Shown piece after piece: positions 1-13,737 of a stretch of DNA of 64,000 bases (position 1 is the stretch's first letter; every line of letters starts with the position of its first letter). Both the position numbers and the translations under genes were made by a program. The notes under the pieces are model-generated. The model was given only the letters and a program-made list of their open reading frames with translations. It ran no database searches and had not been told where the DNA came from. This stretch comes from Octopus vulgaris (Eukaryota): the NCBI GenBank assembly GCA_951406725.2, contig OX597821.1:33294001-33358000 (forward strand), written 5' to 3'.

Positions 1-904
1 CTATCTATGGTTACAGGACGTCATGTCCCAAACACTTCTCTTTGCCTCACAGTGATTTGAGGCAGACGAACACTATTTTTTATACTATGTTATATGTCGA
101 TATGCAGGTTTTTAGAATAATCCGAATGCAGCACGCAAACATACATATCAGACAACACACACGTCCGTCCGACTATGTTTTGCATGTGTAAGCGCAAGCA
201 TACACAAACATTATAACCAAGATCGAATTTAAGGTAGCTAGCTCCTCGAAAAAGTTGAACTTCGGCGCCCTTCTAAATGTGTTTTTTTTAACTTTCGCAA
301 GGAGTAAAACATAAATGTAGGAATAACGTGTTGATTACAATTTATTAGACACAGCGTTTTATTTTATTCAATATTTTCATCTCCACTAAGTAGTCGAGAT
401 GGCAGAATCGTAAGCACGCCGGGCAAAATGCTTATCGTCTCTCTTTACTTTTTGAGCCCAAATTCTGCCGAAGTCGATTTTGCCTTTCTTCCTTTCGGGG
501 TCGATAAAATAGGTACTATTTGAACACTGGGTCAACGTAATCGATGTATCCCTTCTCCCTGGCCTTTTGCCAAAATTTTAAATAAATATTTTAATCTCTC
601 CTTTTATTTGGAAGATCCAAATACAAGACTATCTACCCCCAGTACGTAACGACCAGTACGCTCTGATTGAGCAAACCTATAATGATATCCAGTCCAGCTG
701 TTACCATGCGTTTGAGTTCAATTAGCGTGTCGAATATGACATTCGACGTGTTCTTCGCTTTTAAGACGGTAGAGCGAAATTTGTGGAAGATTTGGTTGTT
801 GTTTCTAGTGAATATACAGGGGTCTCCACGCTGGCTCGTAGTAGACCATGTACATTAATACATGGTAAAATTAAATAATTGTTGTTAACAAACAACCGCA
901 GAAA

Positions 905-1116
905 TTGTATTCACCTCAGTAGACGTCATTAATTGGTTGAAATAGCCGAAATGCAAGGAATTAAACAACAAATAGCTTACAAACTACAGAATTTTCTCAA
1001 GAAAGCCAAGAGAAAAAGGTGTTTTATGTAACACATTCTACCAGTATACGAAGTTTAAAAGTGTTTAGTTACAAAGAAATTATTTTAAAAATCTGCCTGT
1101 CAAAGTGAAAAGATCC
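905..1116. mobile_element. Diverged half copy of the Merlin-like MITE
   Basis: Homologous to 40765-40954, ending GAAAAGATCC. Confidence 0.65.
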
Positions 1117-1600
1117 CAGTTTATAAAACATTTTTACAGAATAAAAAAGAAAGAACAAATATAAGTATAAAAGATCAAATTATCGTGAGAGAAAAAAAAG
1201 CCCTTAACTACCTCTTCAAGGAAACAAAGAAACAGAAAAAAATGGGTGAAGGAACGACGGGTCGTACACTCTAGAATAAATAGCTCGTTTAGCCGCGCCT
1301 CGTGGATATGATTGCAAAGACGTTACCGTGGACAACGGCAGCAGCTTTCCCATCCCCATCTGGCAGGGCTCGTTTCTCAAACGGGCCGCAGTTAACCCGA
1401 TTTTGTAGAGGAAATCGACAGTGCGGAGTCCAAGAAATGTGTGTGTGTGTGTGTGTGCGCACTCAAGGTCACGACGGCGGCTGGTCAGGCTCCTGTATTT
1501 GTTTATCGTCCTCTTCTCTGCTTCACAGGCGGCGATGCCTGGGTTTGCGACCGATGCAGCAAGGTTTGGAGCCGGAGAACGTATCGTAGATGTTAATAAT

Positions 1601-1970
1601 TTCTTTTACACGTTTCAGGGATTTGACTGCGGCCATGCCGGAGCACCGCCTTAAAGGGTTTTAATCGAAGAAATCGACCCCCAGGACTTATTCTTTGTAA
1701 GCCTAGAACTTATTCTATCGGTCTTTTTGCCGAAACGCTAGGTTACGGGGACATAAACAAACCAACATTGGTTGTCAAACGATGGTGGTGGTGGTGGGGA
1801 GGGGGTCAAACACAGACAGAAAGACACAGAGACAAATATATACGGCGGGCTTCTTTTAGTTCCCGTCTACCAAATCCACTCACAAGGCTTTGGTCGGCTA
1901 AGGTGCCCTGCAGTGGGACTAAACACGGAACCGTGTTTTATTCAAGCTTCTTACCACATAGCCACGTCGC
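1601..1970 (-). mobile_element. SINE family A
   Basis: Reverse-strand homolog of 3329-3708 with an internal deletion. Confidence 0.8.
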
Positions 1971-2025
1971 ATTATTTTTTCTTATTTCGAATATTGATGT
2001 AGTATATTTATTGAAAATTTAGATT

Positions 2026-2446
2026 GGATCTTTTCGGTTTGAACGGCAGTTTTTAACATAATTTCTAGGTAACTAAAAAATTTTAAACTTCGTATACTGG
2101 TAGAATGTGTTTATAAAACATCTTTTTCTCTTGGATTTATTGAGAAAATTCTATGGTTTATAAGATATTTGTTGGGTTTTTTTCTTGAATTTCTGCAATT
2201 TCTAGCAATCACTGACGTCTATTGAGGTAAAAAAAAACATTCTGTGCCGTATGAATATGTCCCTCGTTTAAGAAACAGATTGGGTTTATTTACGTTTGTG
2301 AAGAAAAAAAGATACCCTTCCCCCACCCCTAACCCTAACCCTAAAACAGTTTGAAATGCAATAGATCGATTCTAGAGTTATAATTATGGGTGACAATTTC
2401 ATATGATACCGCTAGAAAAAAACTGCCGTTCAAACCGAAAAGATCC
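2026..2446. mobile_element. MITE, Merlin-like
   Basis: TIR GGATCTTTTCGGTTTGAACGGCAGTTTTT at both ends; perfect 8-bp TSD TTTAGATT; internal CCCTAA repeats. GG termini with an 8-bp TSD fit the Merlin superfamily. Confidence 0.8.
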
Positions 2447-3328
2447 TTTAGATTTTTTAGTAATTGCATATATAACACATATGTATATGATACGTATATA
2501 ATAGAAAACCACGTTAAAATACAGATCCCAAACTGAAGAAAACTGCAACATAGCGAAGAGAGAAGAAAAATAAATGAGAAAAAAAAAGAAGAAAAATGTC
2601 GCATATAAGTTATTTATTTAAGCTAGAAGAATGAGCACACATCGTTCATTGAGGGGTGCTACTTAAACGTCACCAGACATGTCGTGTGACACAATACTCC
2701 TATCTCTAGCGTTAATATTTGTTTTTTAATAAATTCAATAAGTTTTTGATCTTCGACCTGCACTCGTTATCGACTTGAGTGTATGTACGTGCGCGGGTCT
2801 TAGTTTAAGTCTATGTGTATGTACTCACGTATCCATCTAAATGTATGGTTTTCTTTGAGATTTATGCTTTTCGTTTGCGGATTTCAAGCCGGTCACAAAG
2901 TAACAAGACTTGGTCAAGTCAAGTCAGCTCTTGAGGGTTTGTGGTTATCTGAATTGGTGTGTGCATTTGCATATATGTGTGTACTATTTATGTATATGTT
3001 TGTATGTATTCCATATGCATATGCTATTATGTGCATATTGTCCTAACCTAGAGACCTTAAATATGGAATCCGCGAAATGTTTTATAAATTTTTTACTGTA
3101 TCTATAATCGACTGTATTTAGAGAATGCGAATCAGCTAGCTCGATTTTTTTTTAATCCTAGCCTTTCTCGATTTGTTATGTAGTCCAGTGCACCTATGAT
3201 AATAGAAACGAACGAATATTAGAGCTGGAAGATGGCTGGTATATCTACACATTTGAAGTCTGCTGTCATTTCGTTTCCTTATAATTTTCAGAAAAGTGGG
3301 TATTTTACAATGAAATTTTCTACAATTA

Positions 3329-3708
3329 GGCGCAGGAGTGGCTGCGTGGTAAGAAGCTTGCTTCCCAACCACATGGTTTCGAGTTCAGTCCCACTGCGTG
3401 GCACATTGGGCAAGTGTCTTCTACTATAGCCTCGGGCCGACCAAAGCCTTGTGAGTGGATTTGGTAGACGGAAACTGAAAGAAGCTCGTCTTATATTCAT
3501 ATATATATATGTGTGTGTGTGTGTGTCCACCAGCGTTTGACAACCGATGTTGGTGTGTTTACGTCCCCGTAACTTAGCGGTTCGGCAAAACGCCCGATAG
3601 AATAAGTACTAGGCTTACAAAGAATAAGTCCTGGGATCGATTTGTTCGACTAAAGATGGTACTCCAGTATGGCCGCAGTCGAATGACTGAAAGTAAAAGA
3701 AAAAAAGA
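3329..3708 (+). mobile_element. tRNA-derived SINE, family A
   Basis: Head GGCGCAGGAGTGGCTG..GGTTCGAGTTCAGTCCC (A/B-box-like), internal (TA)/(TG) tract, GTAAAAGA tail. Confidence 0.85.
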
Positions 3709-3752
3709 ATAGAATTATCTCTCAGCTGGTGTAGTTACACGTGTGATGTATG

Positions 3753-3887
3753 CACTAGCGTAGCTAGGAGGCGGTAGGGGCGGTCCGCCCCGTCGGCACT
3801 TTTAAGAAGGCAGCACTTTTCGGTCTGCTATAGGTAATGTCTTTTTTGTGGGGTCCAGGGGCGGCAAACTGAAGGGCCACGTTAGTG
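3753..3887. mobile_element. Small GC-rich MITE-like element
   Basis: Imperfect TIR CACTAGCGTAG/CCACGTTAGTG; no TSD seen. Confidence 0.4.
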
Positions 3888-4329
3888 AAAGCATGTCACT
3901 ATGTATGTATCCACGCCTACCATTTTTTTAATCTCAAATTAAATTCCGATATAATGTAATCTACGCCATCTGAAAAGTATTTCTAGAAAGTATTCATTTA
4001 AAACTATCCATTTTTCTGAAAGTTATGAAGAAACAAATTAGTGGGGTGCACACTTGTGTTGGTATGCCGGCAGTGAGTTTAAGTCCTCAATCGATGTACC
4101 CCGCTTTCTCTAATTTTTGACGAGACATCCACGTCTATTGGGCAGCTGATCTTTATAACAGTGCATGACTTTTGCTCCCAGTCGCAGATCACAATATCTG
4201 GCCTGTGCTTACACCGGATTGTTGTTTATACTGAAATGTTGGCATGTTCCACCAGTAATGTTTATTGTTGAAGGTGTGTATATTTTCTAATGTTGGTGTG
4301 CTTTCAGTTTGGTCGTCAGGACAATTCTT

Positions 4330-4728
4330 GAATCTTTTCGGTTTGAACGGCAGTTTTTAACAATTTCTAGGTAACTAAAAAATTTTAAACTTCGTATACT
4401 GGTAGAATGTGTTTATAGAACATCTTTTTCTCTTGGCTTTATTGAGAAAATTCTATAGTTTGTAAGATATTCGTTGTTTTTTTTCTTCAATTTCAACCAA
4501 TCATTGACATCTATTAAGTTAAAACGCATTCTGTGCCGTATGAATATATCCCTCGTTTAAGAAACAGATTGGGTTTATTTACATTTGTGAAGAAAAAAAG
4601 ATACCCTTCTCCCATCCCTAACCCTAAAAGAGATTGAAATGCAATAGATTGATTCTAGGGTCATAATTATGGGTGACAATTTCATATGACACCTCTAGAA
4701 AAAACTGCCGTTCAAACCGAAAAGATCC
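4330..4728. mobile_element. MITE, Merlin-like (same family)
   Basis: Same TIRs and body as 2026-2446; TSD not recognisable. Confidence 0.8.
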
Positions 4729-5766
4729 GAAAGTTTCTCTCAAGCTGGAGGTCTAGAGGCATCCTTATCTCGATGTATGTAGGCATCTATGTGGATGTAT
4801 GTTTTTATGTATATAAAAGTATTATGTATGTATATGTAAGTTGCGCGCATCTGTGTGTGTGTGTGCATTATAAGTTCTTGTGTATCTATGCGCAAAGGAA
4901 AATATTGAAGAGAACAGAAGTGCATTGGTTTGAAAGGAAGTAACAAAAAGCTTTCTTTTTCCGGGATTCATTGAAGTTGTCAGAAAGTGCTAAATCAGCT
5001 TTATATATTGTCGTTGCTCAATTCCAAGTCAGCCCTGAGAGACTAGACCTATGATCAGAAGCATTCCAGCCATGACCACTTCAACAGTCATTATTATTAT
5101 TATTATTATTGTTAAGGCGGCGAAATGCTTAGAGGTATTTCGCTCGTCGCTACGTTCTGAGTTCAATTTACGCCGAGGTTGACTGTACCTTTTATCCCTT
5201 CGGGTTCGATTAAACCAGTTACGTACTGGTCCCCTCCACACAAATTTCAGGCTTTATGCTTTTGTAGAAAGGATTATTATTGTTGTTGCTGCTGCTGTTG
5301 CTGTTATTATTGTTGTTGCTGCTGCTGTTGCTATTATTATTATTCAGAGATAATATCTAGGACTACGTTATCCATTATCTCCTTCAAAGTTTAAGAGGGA
5401 GGGGTTTAATTTAAGTGAGACTTGGTTGAAATTTATAGTATTTTTGACGCCCACATACCGCCTCATTCTTCGTTGACTGTTTTTGCAAACACACACACAC
5501 ATTTCCATGATGGCAGCTAAAATGTTTGAAACAGACAGTCCTTTTTTTGTTTGACAGTTTTACCAAAACACTACAAAAATGAAAGAATACACAAAGAAAA
5601 TTATATATATGTATATATATATGAAAATCATATATATACATATATATATATATAATTTTCTTTGTGTATTCTTTCATTTTTGTAGTGTTTTGGTAAAACT
5701 GTCAAACAAAAAAAGGACTGTCTGTTTCAAACATTTTAGCTGCCATCACGAAATGTTTGTGTGTGT

Positions 5767-5797
<31 letters not shown>

Positions 5798-5806
5798 CAT
5801 ATTTGT

Positions 5807-5837
<31 letters not shown>

Positions 5838-5940
5838 CATATTTGTATATATATGTATACATATTTGTATATATATGTATACATATTTGTATATATATGT
5901 ATACATATATGTATACATATTTATATACATATATATATAC

Positions 5941-5983
<43 letters not shown>

Positions 5984-5998
5984 CATACACACACACAT

Positions 5999-6053
<55 letters not shown>

Positions 6054-8479
6054 CATACACACACATACACACATATATATATATAAACAACGTCTGTGAT
6101 GATGGTAACTGAAATATATGTTATATATAATATACACACACAAATTTTTCATCTAAGACAGAATGGGTGAATGTTGTAAATACACGAACAAAATGAAGGT
6201 CAAACGCTAGTTATATAGGTCGAAAAGGACGTTGTATGTAACGGGATACAATGGCATCGAAATAAATAAAAGAAAAATGGTGGGTACGTAACGCAGACGA
6301 AGTGAGCCTAAAACAAAATACCGAGCATAGACAAATATTATTGACTCCAGCCCATTAGCTTCAACCGCCATCGTCTTGTTAAAACCTCAGTCTTTATTAC
6401 CATTTAGAATAATACTATTACCCGACATCGTAACCATCACCCACGACTGGGTCGACGTTGTCTTCATTATTAACATCGTAATCATCGTCACCATTATTAT
6501 CGTGATCATCCTCATCAACAAATCCAGAATCGTAATCATCGCCATCATCATCATCATCATCCTTGTAATCGTCGGCGTCATTCTCATCAACACCCCGCCA
6601 CCACCATCACCTACAATATGGCTTTTGTTTGTTTGTTCAGCTTTCATTGTAAAATCTCATCCGTCACCATCAGCAGAGCAATACCACCACTTATCATCCT
6701 CCACATACACACACACACCACTATCCCCACTACCACCACCATCTTCAATAGTCATCTCAATTAATTCAGCATGGAATAGAATCAGAAAGAACTGTAATTG
6801 GTTTTTTTTTTCATACAGTTACTCAAAAGCCTAGAGTTTTGTGTCAAGGCACTTATGAATCTTACGCGAATGTTTGTGTGTGTGTGTCATCATCATCATC
6901 ATCGTTTAACGTCCGTTTTCCATGCTAGCATGGGTTGGACGGTTCGACCAGGGTCTGGGAAACCAGGAGGCTGCACCAGGCCCCATCTGATCTGGCAGTG
7001 TTTCTACAGCTGGATGCCCTTCCTAACGCCAACCACTCCGTGAGTGTAGTGGGTGCTTTTTACGTTTCAGGTGAGGCTGGCAACGGCCACGATCGGTTGG
7101 TGCTTTTTACGTGCCATCACAATGAAATCTCAAAGCTATGAGACGATACATGATCAATTCAAAATAACATGAATAAATAAGCACCACATTTAACAGTGTC
7201 ATATGAACACTAAAGGGTCAAACCTTTGTAAGTCAGACGTGAGAAAGATATGAACAGGGAGGAAATCTCAGAGAGATAGCATTGTGAAAGGAGGGACTGG
7301 GTGTAGCGATTGCTATGGAGTCTAGCAGACACAATGAGGGTGATGAGGAGAGATGAATAGCATGGGAATGCTTGAGGGAAGGCAGCATGAATCCAACCAG
7401 CTTCAAGGAGTAGAGACCATTGTAGTAGCAGTAGCAAAGACAGAAAGAGGAGTCAGTGCAGCTGTGGGCCAGAGGCTGGAGTGGGGATGTGAGTAACTTT
7501 ATGCAAATCAGTGCATTTATAAATACTTATATATGTATGTATCTATATGTATATACTCATGCACGTGTGCACGCACACACACACAAGCATTTACTGTAAT
7601 CTGAAATTTTCACTGTTACTCTGAGTTTCACATTTCTGATTGTCAGCCTTTGATTGGAAGCATTAATCTCTTAGTAACCAATAGTGATGTTTCTGGCTAC
7701 AATAAAGAGGTTACACATGGCAGTTGAGTACTCTCAGTGAATACTCAATTGGAGTACTCTTATTTGTCTTTGTTCATGTAATTCATTGTACCATAACACA
7801 CACACACACACTTCTCTTCCACTCTTAAGCATATATGACTTGGTAGTATGTACCTTGCTTTCATTAATTGCTTCAGGTGCCTGTGTAGTCATGAGTAGAC
7901 ATGGACACTCTCTCAGCTCCTTATCCTCAATCATCACTATCATCATCATCATCATCATCATACATCTATTTTCCATGCTGGCATGGACTAGATGGTTTGA
8001 CAGGAGCTGACAAGGCAAAAAACTGCACCAGGCTTCACTGTTTTGGCATGGATTTTTTTTCAGCTGGATGCCCTTCCTAATGCCCACTACCTTACAGAAT
8101 GGACTGAGTGCCTTTTATGCAGCATCAGCGCTGGCGAAGTCTGTTTGGCAGGTTTTTTACAGCTGGATGTCCTTCCTAATGCCAACCATGTGCTTGTGTG
8201 CAACAACATCAATTAATTCAGTAAGGGTCAGAATAGACTTAGACATCAAGGGCTGCCCCAGCAGCTGGTTGGGACCTGTTTTCAGGTTATAGACTTGAAC
8301 AACAGGAAATTATTTACTTTGCTCAAGAACACAATGCCCTACCTGGTCCACAAGTTGAACTCACAGCCTTATGATAATGGGCTTGAGTCTCTAACTGCTT
8401 GGTCACATACCTTTATGTGTGTCTGTGTGCTTGTGACAGATGCAACAACGATATATTGCAGTGTCATAGTTTAATGTTT

Positions 8480-8997
8480 ACTCTTTTACTTGTTTCAGTC
8501 ATGTGACTGTGGCCATGCTGGAGCACCGCCTTTTGTTGAGCAAATTGACCCCAGGACTTATTCTTTGTAAGCCTAGACAAACACAGTTACACAAACATAT
8601 ACACACATATACATATATATATAGGGAGAGTTTACAAAAAAAAAACAAAAGACGAAGACAGGTGGTGTACAAAACAAACAGATGTATTAGTATAACACTC
8701 AGGAATAGAAAAAGTCTTTTATGTTTCGAGCCTAAGCTCTTCTACAGAAAGGGACACAGAAAAAACAAGGAGAGAAAAAAATATGTGTAGTGGCTAACGA
8801 TCTATCATGGCAACTATATATATATATATATACATATATATGACGGGCTTCTTTCAGTTTCCGTCTAACAAATCCACTCGCAAGGCTTTGGTCAGCCCGA
8901 GACTATAGTAGAAGACACTTGCCCAAGGTGCCACGCAGTGAAACTGAACCCGGAACCATGTGGTTGGTAAGCAAGCTACTTACCACACCACCACTCC
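8480..8997 (-). mobile_element. SINE family A with a Penelope-like fragment (8623-8814) in its (TA)n
   Basis: SINE tail and head flank an unrelated insert. Confidence 0.75.
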
Positions 8998-9576
8998 ATA
9001 TTATTCAGTGTATTTGAACATATTGTGAATTATATGAAAGCTGGAGTTGTGTAATATAATACAAACAAATGTAGTACACTAGAAATCAAATGAAGGCTTG
9101 CTCATTAAAGCATAAATATACACACATGTATAAAATATGCCTGGAGTGCTGGCATGGCTGTGTGGTTAAGAAGTTTGCTTCTGAACATGGTTTCAGGTTC
9201 GGTCCCACTGAGGGCATCTTGAGCTACCAAAGTCTTGGAAGTGGATTTAGTAGCCATAAACTGAAAGAAGCCCTTTGTGTGTGTGTGTGTGTGCGTGCAT
9301 GTGTGTGTGCATGTGTGTGTGTGTGTGTGTAATCCCCACCCACGTTCACCACTCACTGCTTCTTCCATCCCTTCTGCCTCCCACTCTCGTTACTCTCTCA
9401 AACTTCCTACCCACTCATTCTGTCCAATCCTCTGTATCAGTTATATTCTCCCTGTACTTTGAGAGTGCACCATGACTCCATCTTTACCACCATCTTCTCT
9501 CTCTCTCTCCCTCTATCTATCTATCTTTCTCTCACTCTCTCTCTCTCTTTAGTTCAACAGAGAAAGCCATGTATCT

Positions 9577-9990
9577 CCTCTCTTTTACTTGTTTCAGTCA
9601 TTTGTCTGTGGCCATGCCGGAGCACCACCTTTAGTCAAGCAAATCGACCCCAGGACTTATTCCTTGTAAGCCTAGTACTTATTCTATCGGTCTTTTTTGC
9701 CGAACCGCTAAGTTACGGGAATGTAAGCACACCAGCATCGGTTGTCAAGCGATGTTGGGGGGACAAACACAGACACACAAACAGACACACAAACAGACAC
9801 ACACACATATATATATACGTATACATATATACGACGGGCTTCTTTCAGTTTCCGTCTACCAAATCCACTCACATGGCTTTGGTCGACCCGAGGCTATAGC
9901 AGAAGACACTTGCCCAAGGTGCCACGCAGTGGGACTGAACCCTGAACCATGTGGTTGGTAAACAAGCTACATACCACACAGCCACTCCTA
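9577..9990 (-). mobile_element. SINE family A
   Basis: Full-length homolog. Confidence 0.85.
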
Positions 9991-10198
9991 AAATACCTGT
10001 TTTTGTCTCTTTGTTTATACTTTGACCCTTCAGCATTTAAACCAGCCATATCTGACCCAAATATTCTACCTGTTTTATGTTTAAACTGGCCAGATCCAGC
10101 CTCCCACACCTAACCCACAATGTCATTCTTAAGAGAAACAATCACATCATTGAAATCTAGAAGTTATGAGATAATGCATAGTGGTAAGTAACTGTATA

Positions 10199-10373
10199 GG
10201 CATAGGAGTGGCTGTGTGGTAAGTAGCTTGCTTACGAACCACATGGTTCCGGGTTCAGTCCCACTGCATGGCACCTTGGGCAGGTATCTTCTACTATAGC
10301 CTCAGGCTGACGAGAGCCTTGTGAATGGATTTGATAGACGGAAACTGAAAGAAGCATGTTGTATATATATATG

Positions 10374-10404
<31 letters not shown>

Positions 10405-10626
10405 AATGTTTGTGTGTCTGTGTTTGTCCCTCCAACATCGCTTGACAACCAATGCTGGTGTTTTTACGCCCCCTAAACCTAGCAGTTTGGCAAAAGAGAC
10501 CAATAGAATAAGTACTAGGCTTACAAAGAATAAGTTCTGGGGTCAATTTGCTCAACTAAATGCGGTGCTGCAGCATGGCCACAGTCAAATGACTGAAACA
10601 AGTAAAAGAGTAAAAGAGAAAAGAGA
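10199..10626 (+). mobile_element. SINE family A
   Basis: Full-length homolog, inverted relative to 9577-9990. Confidence 0.85.
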
Positions 10627-11511
10627 GACAAGCATTACACTTGACAAAGTAATCTGAATGCTAAATCCTTTCATCGCCTGCTTCAATGCTACTCCCTGCT
10701 CACTCGAGGGGGCCTTGTCTTGCAAGTTACTAGGTGATTTCACTGGTATTAGTTCCAAGTAAAAAACACCCAGTATACTCGTGTCAACTATGAGCCCATC
10801 TAACATACAAAGGCAACATCCTTCATCCTGGGTTTGTTGATCTCATGGTGATCTCAATAATACCAGTGACGTGGAAAAGCACCCAGTACACTCTGTAAAG
10901 TTGATGGCATTTAGAAGGGCATCCAGCCATAGAAACCCTGCCAAAGCAGAAAATACAGCTGTCTAACTCATGCCAGCATGGAAAATGGATGGTAAATGGT
11001 AGTGTAGTGTGATGATAAATAATGTGTGTGTCTTTGCATGTGTGTGGTGTGAGAGCATTGTGTGTTATCTGACATCATGCAATGGTTGCAAATGAATATT
11101 GCTTTCAAATTTTGGCACAAGGCCAGCAACTTCAAGAGAGTGGGCAAGTCAATTACATCAACTCCAGTGTTCAATTGGTACTCATTTTATTGACCCCACC
11201 AAAAGAATGAAGTGCAAAGTTGACCCTGGCTGCATTTGAACTCAAAACATAAAAGCCACTTAGCATTTTTTTTCCTGGTGTGGTAACGATTTTGCCAGCT
11301 CACCAACTTTCCAAAATGAATATCACCATGATATAAACAGATGTCCTTTGTTTCAAATCATCCATGGAAACATGCTTGGCCATGGGTCAGTATTACTTTT
11401 ACTTGGGAACAAGTGAAAGTTGGTGACAGGAAAGACATCCAGCTATAGAAAAAAAATCTGCCACAGCAAATTCTATTTGACCCTAGCAAGCTTGGAAAAG
11501 CTAACTTTAAA

Positions 11512-11706
11512 ATGATGATGATGATGATGATGGTGATGGTGGTGGTGATGATGATGATGGTGGTGGAGGTGGTGTTTGTGGTGATGGTGATAATGATGGT
11601 GATGATGATGATGATGACGATGATGATGATGATGATGATGGTGGTGGTGGAGGTGGTGTTTCTGGTGATGGTGATAATGGTGATGATGATGATGATAATG
11701 ATGATT
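11512..11706. repeat. (GAT/GGT)n compound trinucleotide repeat
   Basis: Directly visible; contains an internal block duplication. Confidence 0.9.
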
Positions 11707-12255
11707 GTTAAGTCGATGGGATTTTTTCTTGAATATTTTGTGCACCAATTCAGTATGTGTGAAAGTGGTTGTTTTATTTTTAGTAGTTGTTTGAATGGTT
11801 GGAGTGTGGGGGTGGGGTAGTATTAGAGCATTGTGGGTACCTCTGGGTAGATGATGATGATGATGATGATGATGATGCTTCTTGTTAGAGGTTCACACTA
11901 ATTTTTCAGTGATGATGGTTTTGGCAAATAATTGTGCTTCTGTTTTATGTTCTTTATTTTCATGCCGGTTATAGCAGTGTTGACTTCAAGAGGGCCGATG
12001 GTAATGGCAGTAGTGGTGGTGGAAGTGGTGCTGGTTTTGGTGGTGGTGGGGAAGATAATTGGAAATTTTTATGATGTAATATAATAAGGAGAAATTAAAG
12101 ATGTAAGACTTGAAACTTCCTCCCTCACCACCACCACCACCACCACCACCACCATCATATCTACAGTCAGTTTCATTTGTGGTTTAAATGAAAGAGAAAC
12201 CCAGAATAAGAGATCATTGTAGAACAGGGATACTAGAAGGAAAGAAATATATGAA

Positions 12256-12291
<36 letters not shown>

Positions 12292-12490
12292 GAGTAGGGT
12301 GGGAGAATGTCTTATTTGCGTGAATTGTCAAGAATTTCAGTTGTGGCATTCCTTTGGAATTATTTTGGTCAGGCGTATTAAGAAGGAAAGGGAAATGAAG
12401 TTTACTCGTGTGCACATGTACACCCATCCGAACATATTTACTTTGTGTGCGTATATATATATACACACATATATACATACACACACGCAC

Positions 12491-12522
<32 letters not shown>

Positions 12523-12579
12523 GTATATATATACATATATGTATATATATACATATATGTATATATGTATATATATACA

Positions 12580-12636
<57 letters not shown>

Positions 12637-13350
12637 CGACTTTCCCGCCTCCTCATGTTCTCCTTATGTGGGTGGGTGGATGGATGGTGAAACTGAGTGG
12701 GTGGAGGGTGGGGGGAACAGTAGTACTTACTATAAGTTGAAAATGTACTATAATGTAAATGATAATGGTTTAAGAAAAGGAAACACATTCACATACACAG
12801 TCTTTTTTCCTGAATTTCTGTATTCTTCCTTTTTATTAATATTTTTTTATCATTTTTGTGTTTTTTGTTTTTTTTTTGGTTCCACTTTTTTTTTTTCCTT
12901 TAAGTGGAGAATTTGTAAGCAAATTTGTATTTGGAATTGTTTCTTCTTAGTACACATGCACGCAAACACATATGCACTCACACACGTTCTTACAACAAAA
13001 ACCAGATTGCCTAACACATGTACATAATTTATACATACACATGCAGGCTATAATGCACACATACATGCATACAAATACATGAAAAGTATGATGCACATAC
13101 ACACACACACACACACAAACACAAGCTAATTATACGCACGCACACACACACACATTCTCACAACAAAAACCATATTGCCTTACACACAAATGTAATTTAT
13201 ATATACACACACAAACTATAATGCACACACACATACAAACAAATACATAAAAAGTATAATGCACATACACACAGGTACAAACTATTTATGCACATGTTTA
13301 AACACACACACTATGTGCACAACATTTTATACAGATATTTTATACACAGA

Positions 13351-13737
13351 CACAGGAGTGGTTGTGTGGTAAGTAGCTTGCTTATCAGCCACATGGTTCC
13401 AGGTTCAGTCGCATTGCATAGCACCTTGGGCAAGTGTCTTCTACTATAGCCTCGGGCCAACCAAAGCCTTGTGAGTGGATTTGGTAGATGGAAACTGAAA
13501 GAAGCCTGTTATATATATATGTATGTATGTATGTATATGTTTGTGTGTCTGTGTTTGCCCCCCCTCCCACTGCTTGACAACCGATATTGGTGTGTTTGCA
13601 TCCCCATAACTTAGCAGTTCGGCAAAAGAGACTGATAGAATTAGTACTAGGCTTACAAAGAATAATCGATCTGTTCAAATAAAGGTGGTGCTCTAGCATG
13701 GCCACAATCAAATGACTGAAACAAATAAAAGAATAAA
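13351..13737 (+). mobile_element. SINE family A
   Basis: Homolog with CpG decay. Confidence 0.8.

Noticed and set aside
4078-4170. KSSIDVP / FDETSTSI similarity to the FAM78 N-terminus
   Set aside because: The two pieces are in different frames with a stop, and there is no YxTPxF motif or donor site; likely chance.
5579-6152. Long Y/I/M/C/V/H/T-rich ORFs (also 12233-13027, 17693-18202, 19952-20548, 21429-22054, 50171-50628, 53791-54389, 63379-63991)
   Set aside because: Translations of (TA)n, (TG)n and (TACA)n microsatellites, open in several frames.
6418-6606. Minus-strand Asp-rich open frame containing DYKDDDDDD (FLAG-tag-like)
   Set aside because: No ATG, bounded by stops, and part of a degenerate (GAT)n region; the resemblance is coincidental and there is no vector context.
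11473-11820. Poly-His and poly-Met ORFs
   Set aside because: A (GAT/GGT)n repeat with no coding context or splice support.
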